A DNA stretch of 64,000 nt from a virus. Both the position numbers and the translations under genes were made by a program. Each line of letters opens with the position of its first letter. Within the stretch, counting starts at the first letter, position 1. Under the pieces are notes generated by a model, which searched no databases, was not told where the DNA came from, and was given only the letters and a program-made list of their open reading frames with translations. This document shows positions 48,217 through 57,068 of this stretch, piece after piece. The stretch is from the IMG/VR virus record IMGVR_UViG_3300010354_000047, positions 64,001-128,000 of that record. One strand, 5' to 3'.

Positions 48217-48451
48217 AAACTCTGAAACTTTGGATTGGGCTCAAGGATTTGGTCTCTCTCTGAGTCAAGTCTTTGAAAAGGAGAGAATGGAAAGAGCAAT
48301 TGACTCTTGCTCAAATGTGGAAGATTTAAAGTCCTTGTCGAAACAATTGTTATCGGCTTGGATGAATCAGAGTGCTGCTTGTTCCTGGATTATGCGCCAC
48401 ACAGTGGGAGAAATCCCTTCGAAAGCGCTTTTGGATAAGCAAAAGATTTGA
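48206..48451 (+). CDS. nblA: NblA-like phycobilisome degradation protein (picocyanobacterial/phage type)
   Basis: LSLSQVFEKERMERAIDSCSNVEDLKSLSKQLLSAW: LSLxQxF start and two-helix pattern; start ATG 48206. Confidence 0.6.
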   Translation: MKPENSETLDWAQGFGLSLSQVFEKERMERAIDSCSNVEDLKSLSKQLLSAWMNQSAACSWIMRHTVGEIPSKALLDKQKI

Positions 48452-48499
48452 AAAGCGGGGATGGGCGGATGTCCGCCCTAAAAGTTCGGTAAACCGGGC

Positions 48500-48528
48500 T
48501 TGCCTTCCCACCCCGGAGGCGCTATAAT
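48500..48528 (+). promoter_or_regulatory. Sigma70-type promoter of the sigma factor gene
   Basis: TTGCCT-N17-TATAAT, 21 nt before ATG 48550. Confidence 0.75.
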
Positions 48529-48549
48529 AGAGTTGAGTCAGGAAACCTC

Positions 48550-49155
48550 ATGACCTACACAGACGAGACGTTTTTTCAAGCGGTAAAAGGAGATCAGCGA
48601 GCGATCGAGAAGACGATCGTTCAATTTACGCCTTTGATCCATAAGTTTGCGCGAAAGTACAGATTTATGGAAAAGGACCACATGTATGATGACCTCGTGC
48701 AAGAGGGGAGGATCGGAATTCTAAAAGCGATTCGAAGTTTCAACACCGAATACCGAGTGAACGGGAGGCCAATTCGTCCGATGACTTGGATCTGGCATAA
48801 TGTTCGAGGTGCCGTTCAAGGCGCTGCCCGGAAAGGAAATAAGCACCCAAAGTACGCGCTTTCTCTTGAGCAATCGGACTGGGGCCACAATCTTGAAGAT
48901 TCAAACTTCTATGAAGTTAAGGAAGGATTGGGGTCCGTTAGCATCGCCGACCTTGTGAAAATCGGATGCGGGTCGCTGGATTCACAAAGAGCTCGCATCG
49001 TCTGTGACCGGTTTGGCCTTCTCGGGCGAGAACCGATGAGACAAGGTGATGTGGCAAGAAAGTACGGCCTTTCCAAGCAAGCCACAAACGGGCACATCTC
49101 CCGGTTTTCAAAGAAGGTTCGGGAAAGTAAGCCCGAGCTAAGGGACCTTATCTAA
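48550..49155 (+). CDS. RNA polymerase sigma factor (sigma70 family, regions 2 and 4)
   Basis: DDLVQEGRIGILKAIRSFN (region 2.2); RFGLLGREPMRQGDVARKYGLSKQ (region 4 HTH). Confidence 0.85.
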   Translation: MTYTDETFFQAVKGDQRAIEKTIVQFTPLIHKFARKYRFMEKDHMYDDLVQEGRIGILKAIRSFNTEYRVNGRPIRPMTWIWHNVRGAVQGAARKGNKHPKYALSLEQSDWGHNLEDSNFYEVKEGLGSVSIADLVKIGCGSLDSQRARIVCDRFGLLGREPMRQGDVARKYGLSKQATNGHISRFSKKVRESKPELRDLI

Positions 49156-49163
49156 GATCGAGA

Positions 49164-49505
49164 ATGAGCGAAGTCATTGCAACCAAAGTCTATGACCTTG
49201 AGTGTCCTGTTTGCGACACCATGTCTAGATTTGACTCTTCAGTTTTTGAGGGGTTCCCTGAAGTGTCCTACCAGGCTATCACTTTCGATACTCTGAGAGA
49301 CAAAATAGAGACGAACAAAACGTCTCAGCGTATCTATCAGCTACTTGAAAGGTATGCCGTTTCTCCCTCTTACGAGATCGACTTCCCGACTTATGTGTTT
49401 ATGTCCAAGACTGGAAAGTACATTGGACACCTACAGGGCGCTCTCGACCTTCGGGAATTCCGTGAGGGGGTAAAATCCATTCTTGATCAAAAACATTCTG
49501 AATAA
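49164..49505 (+). CDS. Thioredoxin-like protein
   Basis: CPVC and FPTYVF cis-Pro motif. Confidence 0.7.
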   Translation: MSEVIATKVYDLECPVCDTMSRFDSSVFEGFPEVSYQAITFDTLRDKIETNKTSQRIYQLLERYAVSPSYEIDFPTYVFMSKTGKYIGHLQGALDLREFREGVKSILDQKHSE

Positions 49506-49881
49506 TTGGGGTCTTTATGCATTGGGAAACCATGTCTTGGTTAGTCTGTATGGAGTAGCTTTCTCAGTCCTCGATGATATCGAGGAAATGCGAAAAGCCT
49601 TCGATAAAGCTTGTGAGGCTATGAATGCTACGGTTCTTCATCGTTTTTCTCACAAGTTTCACCCACAAGGAGTGACCGTTGTCTACGCTCTTGCGGAATC
49701 CCACATAACAGCACACACGTTTCCTGAATTTGGAAGTGTTTCCCTAGACTGCTATACCTGTGGACACATGGACTCAATTATTGGGATGAATATTCTGATT
49801 GAGCACTTTCAACCAAAGAGTATCCACATAGAGAGGGTTAGCCGTGACAAAGAAGAAGAAGCTCGTCAAGTCCGCCCTTAA
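49483..49881 (+). CDS. speD: S-adenosylmethionine decarboxylase proenzyme
   Basis: HKFHPQGVT, LAESHITAHTFPE, DCYTCG. True start may be TTG 49522. Confidence 0.92.
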   Translation: MIKNILNNWGLYALGNHVLVSLYGVAFSVLDDIEEMRKAFDKACEAMNATVLHRFSHKFHPQGVTVVYALAESHITAHTFPEFGSVSLDCYTCGHMDSIIGMNILIEHFQPKSIHIERVSRDKEEEARQVRP

Positions 49882-50023
49882 GCACCCCGAACTTTTCTCT
49901 CAAGGCGAGCTGGCTTATATGCTGATGTGGCTTGAGGAAAGAAAAAGGGTTAAGTGTTCCAAGAAGACAGCCCAAGGCTTTAAGAAGCCAAATCAAAAAG
50001 AAGATCGATCTGGCCCAAAATAG
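49844..50023 (+). CDS. Small basic hypothetical protein
   Basis: Manual translation MTKKKKLVKSALKHPELFSQGELAYMLMWL... (59 aa); not in the ORF track. Confidence 0.55.
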   Translation: MTKKKKLVKSALKHPELFSQGELAYMLMWLEERKRVKCSKKTAQGFKKPNQKEDRSGPK

Positions 50024-50075
50024 GAAGTTTACCACAGCTTCCCACAGACTAAACTAACCCGTTACACTGAAACAA

Positions 50076-50279
50076 ATGACAGTAACAACCGACGAAAAGA
50101 ATCGTCAAAACGTTTTCGCTATTGAACCAAAGATGACTCCTGTTGATGAAAATTACCGACCGATGATCTCTTGGGACTCCCGTGGGGAAGTTCTAAACGG
50201 TCGACTCGCGATGCTCGGAATCCTGGCAGCTCTCGGAGCATATGCTCTGACAGGCCAAGTCATTCCGGGAGTTTGGTGA
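50076..50279 (+). CDS. hli: High-light-inducible protein
   Basis: EVLNGRLAMLG chlorophyll-binding motif and TGQVIPGVW phage-type C-terminus. Confidence 0.95.
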   Translation: MTVTTDEKNRQNVFAIEPKMTPVDENYRPMISWDSRGEVLNGRLAMLGILAALGAYALTGQVIPGVW

Positions 50280-50587
50280 GCCAAACAGTAACTCAATTGA
50301 ATCCCCCTCTACCCCTTGAGACACCAAGGGGTAAGGGGTGGGCTCATTTCCTTATCGACTACTCTCAGGAGCACGACCTCCTTTGGGTGGTCTTTCTTGA
50401 CGAAAACGGCGAATGCTGGTCTTTTCGAAATCCAGACGTTCGCATTACCCCGAATTTCTCTCTTGGTCGCCATGACCCTTTTCTTGACCGCGACTCTAGC
50501 CTCAGCTCTGGGAACTTTCCTAGGAAACCTTATTCTTGCATGGTTCATTGGAGCAGTAATTCAGAGACACGAGGAAAAGAAGGCTAA
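50276..50587 (+). CDS. Hypothetical protein
   Basis: QLNPPLPLETPRGKGWAHFLIDYSQEHDLLWVVF; GTGA overlap with hli. Confidence 0.6.
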   Translation: MSQTVTQLNPPLPLETPRGKGWAHFLIDYSQEHDLLWVVFLDENGECWSFRNPDVRITPNFSLGRHDPFLDRDSSLSSGNFPRKPYSCMVHWSSNSETRGKEG

Positions 50588-50675
50588 ATTAATGGCCCAA
50601 GCAAATAAAGAGTATATGGACGCTGTTCAGAAAGAAGTTGAGCGTATGCAAAAATACGCAAAACTTGAGGGCTGA
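50472..50675 (+). CDS. Small membrane protein
   Basis: ATG 50472; hydrophobic N-terminus followed by a charged helix. Confidence 0.5.
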   Translation: MTLFLTATLASALGTFLGNLILAWFIGAVIQRHEEKKAKLMAQANKEYMDAVQKEVERMQKYAKLEG

Positions 50676-50725
50676 GAAACTAAAACCAACTCCACAACAG
50701 CTTCACAAACAACGAAACAAAACAG

Positions 50726-51331
50726 ATGAACATTTTCGCTGTAAACGAGAACCCAATTCTTGCGGCACGAGACTTACCCGACAAACTGGTAGTCAAAATG
50801 CCAACCGAAAGCTTGCAAATGCTCACTCCTTGGGCTTTCAATACTCACAAAGAGTACATTCGAAAACCTGACGGAACCAATTACGGAATCAAGGGTTTTG
50901 CAAACCATCCTTGTTCAAAATGGCTCTATGAGAGTCCGGCGAACGTCCATTGGTTGCTTGAACATGCTTTTGGAATGGCCGACGAGTATTGGCAGCGTTA
51001 CAACAAATACCACGGAACCCTTCACGGCTTGAATCAAATTCGAACTCTGGTCTATCGGAACCACAATTCTGATCAATCCAGAGACCATACCGAGTTCGTT
51101 CAAGCAATGCCGGATGAGTTCAAAGTTCCAGGGGATGCGGTCACAGCATACCGCAACTACATAAACGCTCACAAAGGCTATGCAGAGTGGCGATACAGCA
51201 AAAAACCTGACTGGTGGGACGAAGCCAAACATGAGCCCGTCCGCAAACAATATCTCGCTCAGCGAGAAGAAAACCTTATGAAACGCAGAAATGCCCAGCA
51301 TTCTAGAGTATCGAGAAGCCTACAAAGTTAA
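50726..51331 (+). CDS. Pyrimidine-dimer DNA glycosylase-like protein
   Basis: MNIF...D.LVVKM..E..QML, NHPCSKW, QAMPDE, AYRNY. Confidence 0.7.
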   Translation: MNIFAVNENPILAARDLPDKLVVKMPTESLQMLTPWAFNTHKEYIRKPDGTNYGIKGFANHPCSKWLYESPANVHWLLEHAFGMADEYWQRYNKYHGTLHGLNQIRTLVYRNHNSDQSRDHTEFVQAMPDEFKVPGDAVTAYRNYINAHKGYAEWRYSKKPDWWDEAKHEPVRKQYLAQREENLMKRRNAQHSRVSRSLQS

Positions 51332-52277
51332 CGGGTCGTTTGAATACCCTAAATTTTTCGACAAGTTCAAGAAAGCTCGTAAGTCGGTTTGGTCCCCAGA
51401 GGAGGTAATTTTTGAGAAAGACCTCCGAGACTGGCAGGATAGCTCAGACGATGAGAGAGAAATTATAGGGGGAATTCTACGCGGTTTCACACAGCTAGAG
51501 TGCCACGTTGGAAACTACTGGTCAAGCATCTCAAAATGGTTTCCAAAACACGAAGTGGCGGCTGTTTCCGACGAGTATGCCGCTTCAGAACGAGTTCATG
51601 CATGGGCTTACAACCACCTTTCTGACACCCTTGGGCTAGACGAATTTGAAGCCTTTCTGGGTGACCCAACAGCAAGAAACAAGATTGGGTTCTTCCTAAA
51701 GGACCGTCCAGTTAAAGAGTCGTTAGCAGTTTTCAGCGGAGCAGCTGAAGGGGTCAGCCTCTTTAGTTCCTTCGCTGTTTTGCTGTCTTTCAACCTGCTC
51801 GGAAAGTTCAAGGGGCTTTGCCAGATTATCTCTTGGTCCGCTCTTGATGAAACGGAGCACTCAAATACCGGGATCTCCCTCTTTAACCTTTTAGTGGATG
51901 AGGATCCGCTCACTCCCCAAGAGATTGAGAACATTGTTCACGGCTTCAAACTTGTAATTCAAAACGAGTTTTCCTTTATTGATCGAATCTTTGACGGTCG
52001 CGAGTTTGCTAATCCCCGCCTAAACAAGGAAGACTTAAAGCAGTACATTTTGTATCGGGCAAACAACCGTTTGGCTGCAATGCGTATACCAGGCTTCCGA
52101 TTCCCCTATAGTTTCGAATCGGCCAACAACATTCGTGTCTGGTTCCACCCTTTGATTCGTGGAACCACCAGCACGGACTTTTTCTCGCAGGCAAAAGATG
52201 GCTCTTCCTACATTGCCAAGCCTACGCAGGACTTTATGTCGGTAAACTTGAAAACCCTTGACTACAACCTAGAATGA
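51291..52277 (+). CDS. nrdB: Class I ribonucleotide reductase beta subunit
   Basis: W.PEE, ERVHAWAY, EGVSLFSSF, DETEH, TDFF. Confidence 0.93.
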   Translation: MPSILEYREAYKVNGSFEYPKFFDKFKKARKSVWSPEEVIFEKDLRDWQDSSDDEREIIGGILRGFTQLECHVGNYWSSISKWFPKHEVAAVSDEYAASERVHAWAYNHLSDTLGLDEFEAFLGDPTARNKIGFFLKDRPVKESLAVFSGAAEGVSLFSSFAVLLSFNLLGKFKGLCQIISWSALDETEHSNTGISLFNLLVDEDPLTPQEIENIVHGFKLVIQNEFSFIDRIFDGREFANPRLNKEDLKQYILYRANNRLAAMRIPGFRFPYSFESANNIRVWFHPLIRGTTSTDFFSQAKDGSSYIAKPTQDFMSVNLKTLDYNLE

Positions 52278-54238
52278 CAGACCACACACTTGTTGCACCT
52301 GAATGGCTTTCCCAAGAAGGGCTTCAAACACTGTCATCTGGTTACCTTCTTCCAGGTGAAACCCCTCGGAACATGTTCGAGCGTGTGTCCGGGCGTGCAG
52401 CTCACTTGAACGAGGATCCCACTCTGGAAGAAGACCTTTTTGAGTGCCTCTGGAAAGGTTGGATCGGGCTGGCAAGCCCGGTCGCAGCCAACTTTGGGAC
52501 GAATCGAGCGCTTCCTATCTCCTGCTACTCCATCCACATTAGCGACGATACCGGAAGTATCTACTCACACAAAAAGGAAGCAGCAATGCTTTCAAAGAAC
52601 GGAGGGGGAGTGGGAATCTGGTTTGGAGACATTCGCCCTTCTGGAGCTCCGATTCGCGGTGGCGGAAAGTCCTCAGGACTCGCAGGCTGGATGCAAGGGT
52701 ACGACCATGACGCTCGAATTGTTAGTCAAGGTGGTGTTCGCAGGGGCTCTTTTGCGCTCTACACTTCAATCGATCACCCAGACTACCCTGAGATCTTAGA
52801 AGCGAAAGACCACACAAAGGGAGACCCGAGGCAGTGGATTGATAGCAACGTTGCCGTCACCATCACAGATGAATTCATGGAAGACATGATTCAAAATGGT
52901 GGAAAAAAGCAAGAGTTGTTCGGAAAAACGATTGCAGCGCGACTCATGTCGGGAAGCCCTTACATGGTCTTTATCGACAACGTCAACAATCAGAATCCGG
53001 ATTGTTACAAAGAGAGAAACCTTAAGGTTTCCCTTAGCAATTTGTGCAGCGAGATCACACTTTACACAGATGAGAATCACTCTTTTGTATGTGTGCTTTC
53101 ATCTATGAATCTAGCTCGCTGGTTTGAGTGGAAGGACTGGAGGTCTCCTCGTTCTGGTCGTTCTGCACCAGAGATCGCGATTCACCTTCTGGAGGCAGTT
53201 GTCTCTGAGTTCATTCGGAAAGCCGAGCATATGACTGCTATGGGACGCTCGGTTCGCTTTGCGAAGAAGAGTCGAGCTCTGGGCCTCGGAACGATGGGCT
53301 TACATGCTCTTTACCAAAGCCAAATGCTCCCCTTCAAGTGTGAGCAATCTCGTCAGCTGAACGTCGAAGTCCACAAGTTCATTCGTGAACAAGCGGATAA
53401 AGCCTCAAGGGAACTGGCAGAAAGGTTCGGTGAGCCGGAGTGGTGTGTCGGAAGCGGTTTCCGTCATACGCATCGAACGGCTATTGCCCCCACAAAGACC
53501 AACTCTGTGATCAGTGGTGCGTTCTCAGAGGGGATTGCCCCGATCGAGATGAACTACTACGTGGCCAAACAAGACAAGGGAACTTTCGTTCGAAAGAACC
53601 CCTATCTTGAAAAGCTACTCTGCCAAAAAGGTGTCGGACCACAGATTTGGGACCAAATCGAAAGAGACCGAGGTAGTGTTCAGAACCTTGATTGCCTGAC
53701 CGGTAAAGAGAAGGAGGTGTTTCTAACCGCAAGGGAAATTGATCAGTTTGAGCTGATTAAGCAAGCCGGGGATCGACAGCCCCACGTTTGCCAGTCCCAG
53801 TCCTTAAACCTCTACCTCGCGGACCCAAATGTGAGTGCTGAGTACCTTTTTCGTTTGCATATCGCTGCGCATCGGGCGAAGGTCAAGTCTCTTTACTATC
53901 TGAAGTCTCGATCTGCTCTGATCGTAGATTCAAACGAGGAGGAATTCCTTGAGCCCGCCATTGTGATCACCAAGAGTGATTGCCCCTGGTGCGTGAAGCT
54001 AAAAGAAGAGCTGGAAACGGATGGAATAGATTTTCTTGAGCTCCCTCTGAACGAAGCAAAAGACAAAGGAATGTGGTCAGAGTCATGGAAGACAGTTCCA
54101 CAACTCTACCTGAATAATCAATGGGTCGGAGGATATACCGACTACGTTCAATTCAAAGAAACTAACCCTACCAAAGAAACAAATGCCTATGAAGACAGCA
54201 ACAGTGAGAACAATGAGTGTACAGCCTGCCACGCCTGA
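52274..54238 (+). CDS. nrdA: Class I ribonucleotide reductase alpha subunit with a glutaredoxin domain near the C-terminus
   Basis: PISC, SNLCSEI, APT, QSQSLN, KSLYY; then CPWC...TVPQLY...VGGY; terminal CTAC. Confidence 0.93.
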   Translation: MTDHTLVAPEWLSQEGLQTLSSGYLLPGETPRNMFERVSGRAAHLNEDPTLEEDLFECLWKGWIGLASPVAANFGTNRALPISCYSIHISDDTGSIYSHKKEAAMLSKNGGGVGIWFGDIRPSGAPIRGGGKSSGLAGWMQGYDHDARIVSQGGVRRGSFALYTSIDHPDYPEILEAKDHTKGDPRQWIDSNVAVTITDEFMEDMIQNGGKKQELFGKTIAARLMSGSPYMVFIDNVNNQNPDCYKERNLKVSLSNLCSEITLYTDENHSFVCVLSSMNLARWFEWKDWRSPRSGRSAPEIAIHLLEAVVSEFIRKAEHMTAMGRSVRFAKKSRALGLGTMGLHALYQSQMLPFKCEQSRQLNVEVHKFIREQADKASRELAERFGEPEWCVGSGFRHTHRTAIAPTKTNSVISGAFSEGIAPIEMNYYVAKQDKGTFVRKNPYLEKLLCQKGVGPQIWDQIERDRGSVQNLDCLTGKEKEVFLTAREIDQFELIKQAGDRQPHVCQSQSLNLYLADPNVSAEYLFRLHIAAHRAKVKSLYYLKSRSALIVDSNEEEFLEPAIVITKSDCPWCVKLKEELETDGIDFLELPLNEAKDKGMWSESWKTVPQLYLNNQWVGGYTDYVQFKETNPTKETNAYEDSNSENNECTACHA

Positions 54239-54917
54239 GCCGGGAAAGAGGAGGCACAAAAGGTATCCGAAACTGACTCGAGACCAACAAAAACTGGTTG
54301 AGAGTCACAGGTGGATAGCTGGACGCCTCGCTTTTGGAGCAAAGTGTCTCACTGGGGGTCATACGGGTTCTCTCACACGAGAGGACCTCGAGTCTATAGC
54401 AAACTTTGCCCTGTGTGTTGCAGCAACTCGATACGATCCAGATAAACAAGTGCAGTTTAGCACGTATGCCTGGAGAACAGCTCGGGGATACATTCAACAC
54501 GCTCTTCGAGACTACTCTCGAATGGTGAAGACGCCTCGTTGGGTCGCGAAGTATAAGGAAAAGGTGGACCAGTTATTGAAACAAAACTTCTCCTATCCTG
54601 AGATAGCGGAACACCTAGGAATTCCTGAGAGTAAAGTCCTTATCGTGGACATGAGCACTTACAACTACCACGTGTCATATGATTCAAGTCCTGAAGACTG
54701 GACTACTCGAGAGTTTATCTTTAACGATGACGATGTGAGACCCTACGTGGTTTCTCCTGAGCTAATAAAAACTCTGAAAAGTCTCTCCGAAGCGGAGTTA
54801 GGGATTTTGGTCAAATACACTGAGGGTAAGGACATGTCGGAGGAAGAACGGGAGTGGGCCTCTGAGAACTTTTTTCATCTTCAGGCCATTGCCCACGGCA
54901 AACTTTCCGTCGAATGA
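54213..54917 (+). CDS. SigF/SigB-like group 3 sigma factor
   Basis: REDLESIA, RYDPDKQVQFSTYAW...GYIQHALRDYSRMVKTPRW, EIAEHLG. Region 4 HTH is not evident. Confidence 0.82.
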   Translation: MSVQPATPEPGKRRHKRYPKLTRDQQKLVESHRWIAGRLAFGAKCLTGGHTGSLTREDLESIANFALCVAATRYDPDKQVQFSTYAWRTARGYIQHALRDYSRMVKTPRWVAKYKEKVDQLLKQNFSYPEIAEHLGIPESKVLIVDMSTYNYHVSYDSSPEDWTTREFIFNDDDVRPYVVSPELIKTLKSLSEAELGILVKYTEGKDMSEEEREWASENFFHLQAIAHGKLSVE

Positions 54918-55129
54918 AAGAGAAAGTTCTACGACTACGAAAATTTCCTCTCGAGGCAGAGGCCCAAGTTCGATTTGGTCAATTCCAGATAGAGCAAATG
55001 TCTCGAGAGGAACTTGTATCGTACGCAAAACAATCTTTTATGCTAATGACCCAGCTAACTCATTATGCACATCAACTACTTCAAGGGTTAGAGGATGTCG
55101 GTGTGACTGTTTCGCCGGAAGATAGTTAA
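54914..55129 (+). CDS. nblA: Second NblA-like protein
   Basis: PLEAEAQVRFGQFQIEQMSREEL...MLM aligns by eye with the NblA core SLEQQF..R....Q...MS.EQ. Confidence 0.5.
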   Translation: MKEKVLRLRKFPLEAEAQVRFGQFQIEQMSREELVSYAKQSFMLMTQLTHYAHQLLQGLEDVGVTVSPEDS

Positions 55130-55163
55130 GGGTATAACCTAAAGATACTCCCCCCTCTCTTGT

Positions 55164-55829
55164 ATGGCGAAGTTACCCGAAGATCACTCAATAAAAGCTC
55201 ACAAAGACATCGTCGGGCAAACCATGCACAGATGGAAACACCACGACCCGAAACCTTTGCATAGCGGTCGAGGAAAGGGTGGAAAGGAAGGGAAAGTTGT
55301 TAAGTCAAAAGAGCAAGCCATCGCTATAGCTCTTAGCATGGCTGGGAGATCAAAAGATCACTCTGAAAGATTGAACTCCTTAGGCTTTTCGGAAGAGTCT
55401 GTGCGATCTGTGAACGAGATACTAAGCGGAAACTTTGACTTCACACTTTGCCAAAGGCCAAACGGAAGCTTATATGGTACATCTGGAAAGTGTAGAAAGG
55501 GGTCGGAAGTGAATCCCAAAGAGTCTCGGCCAGGAACCTCTTCTGGTGGGGGGTCAAAAAAGACTCTTTCGGAGATGGACGCTCACATCAAAAGTTTGTA
55601 CAAGAAAGAGACGGAAGCAAGAAATAACGGAGACGATTCTAAAGCCAGAGAATATATGAGGGAATCCGTGAAAGTCCTCAAAGCCTTGAATGAACGCCGA
55701 GACCTCTTGAATCAGAGACTTCGGGAACTTCAGGATAAAATGGATGACGCTGTGACAATCAGGGATCAACAAAGATTGTCGACAGCAGTAAGTAGCATTC
55801 TAAGCGAGTTGAGTGGGTTAAAGGGGTAA
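55164..55829 (+). CDS. Tag-A protein with an N-terminal DUF6496-like domain
   Basis: LHSGRG...VKSKEQAIAIALSMA; DHSERLNSLGFSEE; NFDFTLCQRPNGSLYGTSGKCRKGSEV. Confidence 0.7.
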   Translation: MAKLPEDHSIKAHKDIVGQTMHRWKHHDPKPLHSGRGKGGKEGKVVKSKEQAIAIALSMAGRSKDHSERLNSLGFSEESVRSVNEILSGNFDFTLCQRPNGSLYGTSGKCRKGSEVNPKESRPGTSSGGGSKKTLSEMDAHIKSLYKKETEARNNGDDSKAREYMRESVKVLKALNERRDLLNQRLRELQDKMDDAVTIRDQQRLSTAVSSILSELSGLKG

Positions 55830-55836
55830 AGAACGT

Positions 55837-56325
55837 ATGACGACTCCCAGCTTCTCAAAAGAATCTCTCGAAAGGGTTAGGTCTCTCCTTCAAAGGGATG
55901 TAGACTGGGAAGGTCAGTTCTTGACCGGAACTTCTAAAGGAGCTTTCCCTTTGGTTGATCAAGTTCTCAAGCCGAGAGGTTTGCAAGGAATGGACATTGA
56001 CAACAGGCCTGGTTTACAGCGCGGGAGTCAAGGAAAAAGACGGGGAAGTTCCCTCTCAATCGCACAAGTTGCTCTTCCCAACGGAAACCCTCAATCGGGT
56101 CCTCGGTCACTCTCTACGAATCGCGGACTTGCAATGTTTGAAGAAGCTTGCAAAAAACGTCCGCAACCGAGAAGCCCCGAGCAAAACCAAGCGACGCAAG
56201 AGGCACAACAGGCGGCTCAACGACAGAACCAAACTTTTGACAAGATACCTGAGAAAAAAGTTGAAGAAATGGCTAAGAAGGGGGGAGAGGCAGAACGAAA
56301 GCCCCCACTACCTTACTGCAGCTAA
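55837..56325 (+). CDS. Hypothetical protein with leader SFSKESL
   Basis: 162 aa, low complexity. Confidence 0.55.
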   Translation: MTTPSFSKESLERVRSLLQRDVDWEGQFLTGTSKGAFPLVDQVLKPRGLQGMDIDNRPGLQRGSQGKRRGSSLSIAQVALPNGNPQSGPRSLSTNRGLAMFEEACKKRPQPRSPEQNQATQEAQQAAQRQNQTFDKIPEKKVEEMAKKGGEAERKPPLPYCS

Positions 56326-57068
56326 TGTACGGATCTTTCTCTCCTGAAGCCTTGCAGTTTTGGGACTTTGTTCGATGCCAAAGACCGAATGGGACCTTTT
56401 ATGGGACTTCCGGTCGGTGTAAGTCCGGTGTCCAAGTTTCCTCAAAACCTCAAAAACTTTCCGGAAGCCTACTTGGGGCGGGAAAAGAGAGCAAAGTATA
56501 TGACATTGGCAGGGACAGAGCACTCAAGGTGAGTACGGCAAACTATGAAAGTCTAGAAACACATCAGATTGCTTCTCAGCTCGGAGTCGCTCCAAGGCTG
56601 TACGCTCACGGAAAGATGCGTGATGGTAGAAACTTTCAGATCGTTGAGAAGGTTAAGACAAGCGATATCCATGGACTGGGACAACCCGGATCTAGGGCCA
56701 AGGAAATTGAAGACCTTGATGAAAATCAGCTATTTCGTGAAAAAGAGGCTTACAAAGCCAGTCTGAAACTTAATGCGGGCGGGGTTGCGCACGGGGACCT
56801 CCACGGAGGAAATATAAAGTGGGACGAGAACAATCAGAAAGCTATCCTTCTTGATTTTGATAATGCCACTAAGAGCTGGAAGGACGCTCGCGCTGAAGCT
56901 GCGAGTACGCTAAATACCATAGGTATTCGCCTCGAGAACTCGGGATATTACGATGAGGCCGACGAGGTGTACTCAAAAAGTTCGATAATTTCCCGGATAT
57001 CCTCGATAAAAATGTCAAAGGCTATCGAAGAGACTTCCGGTCTGCTAGATTCTGTTTTTCCGGGGTGA
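56325..57068 (+). CDS. Tag-A protein-kinase-fold enzyme
   Basis: MYGSFSPEALQFWDFVRCQRPNGTFYGTSGRCKSG; LGAGKESKVY, ALKV, HGDLHGGN, LDFD. Confidence 0.83.
   Translation: MYGSFSPEALQFWDFVRCQRPNGTFYGTSGRCKSGVQVSSKPQKLSGSLLGAGKESKVYDIGRDRALKVSTANYESLETHQIASQLGVAPRLYAHGKMRDGRNFQIVEKVKTSDIHGLGQPGSRAKEIEDLDENQLFREKEAYKASLKLNAGGVAHGDLHGGNIKWDENNQKAILLDFDNATKSWKDARAEAASTLNTIGIRLENSGYYDEADEVYSKSSIISRISSIKMSKAIEETSGLLDSVFPG

Noticed and set aside
46115-49474. GGGTAAA at 46115 and 49468 as promoters
   Set aside because: Both lie within coding sequence (Gly-Val-Lys) and are off the usual spacing; they may be chance matches.
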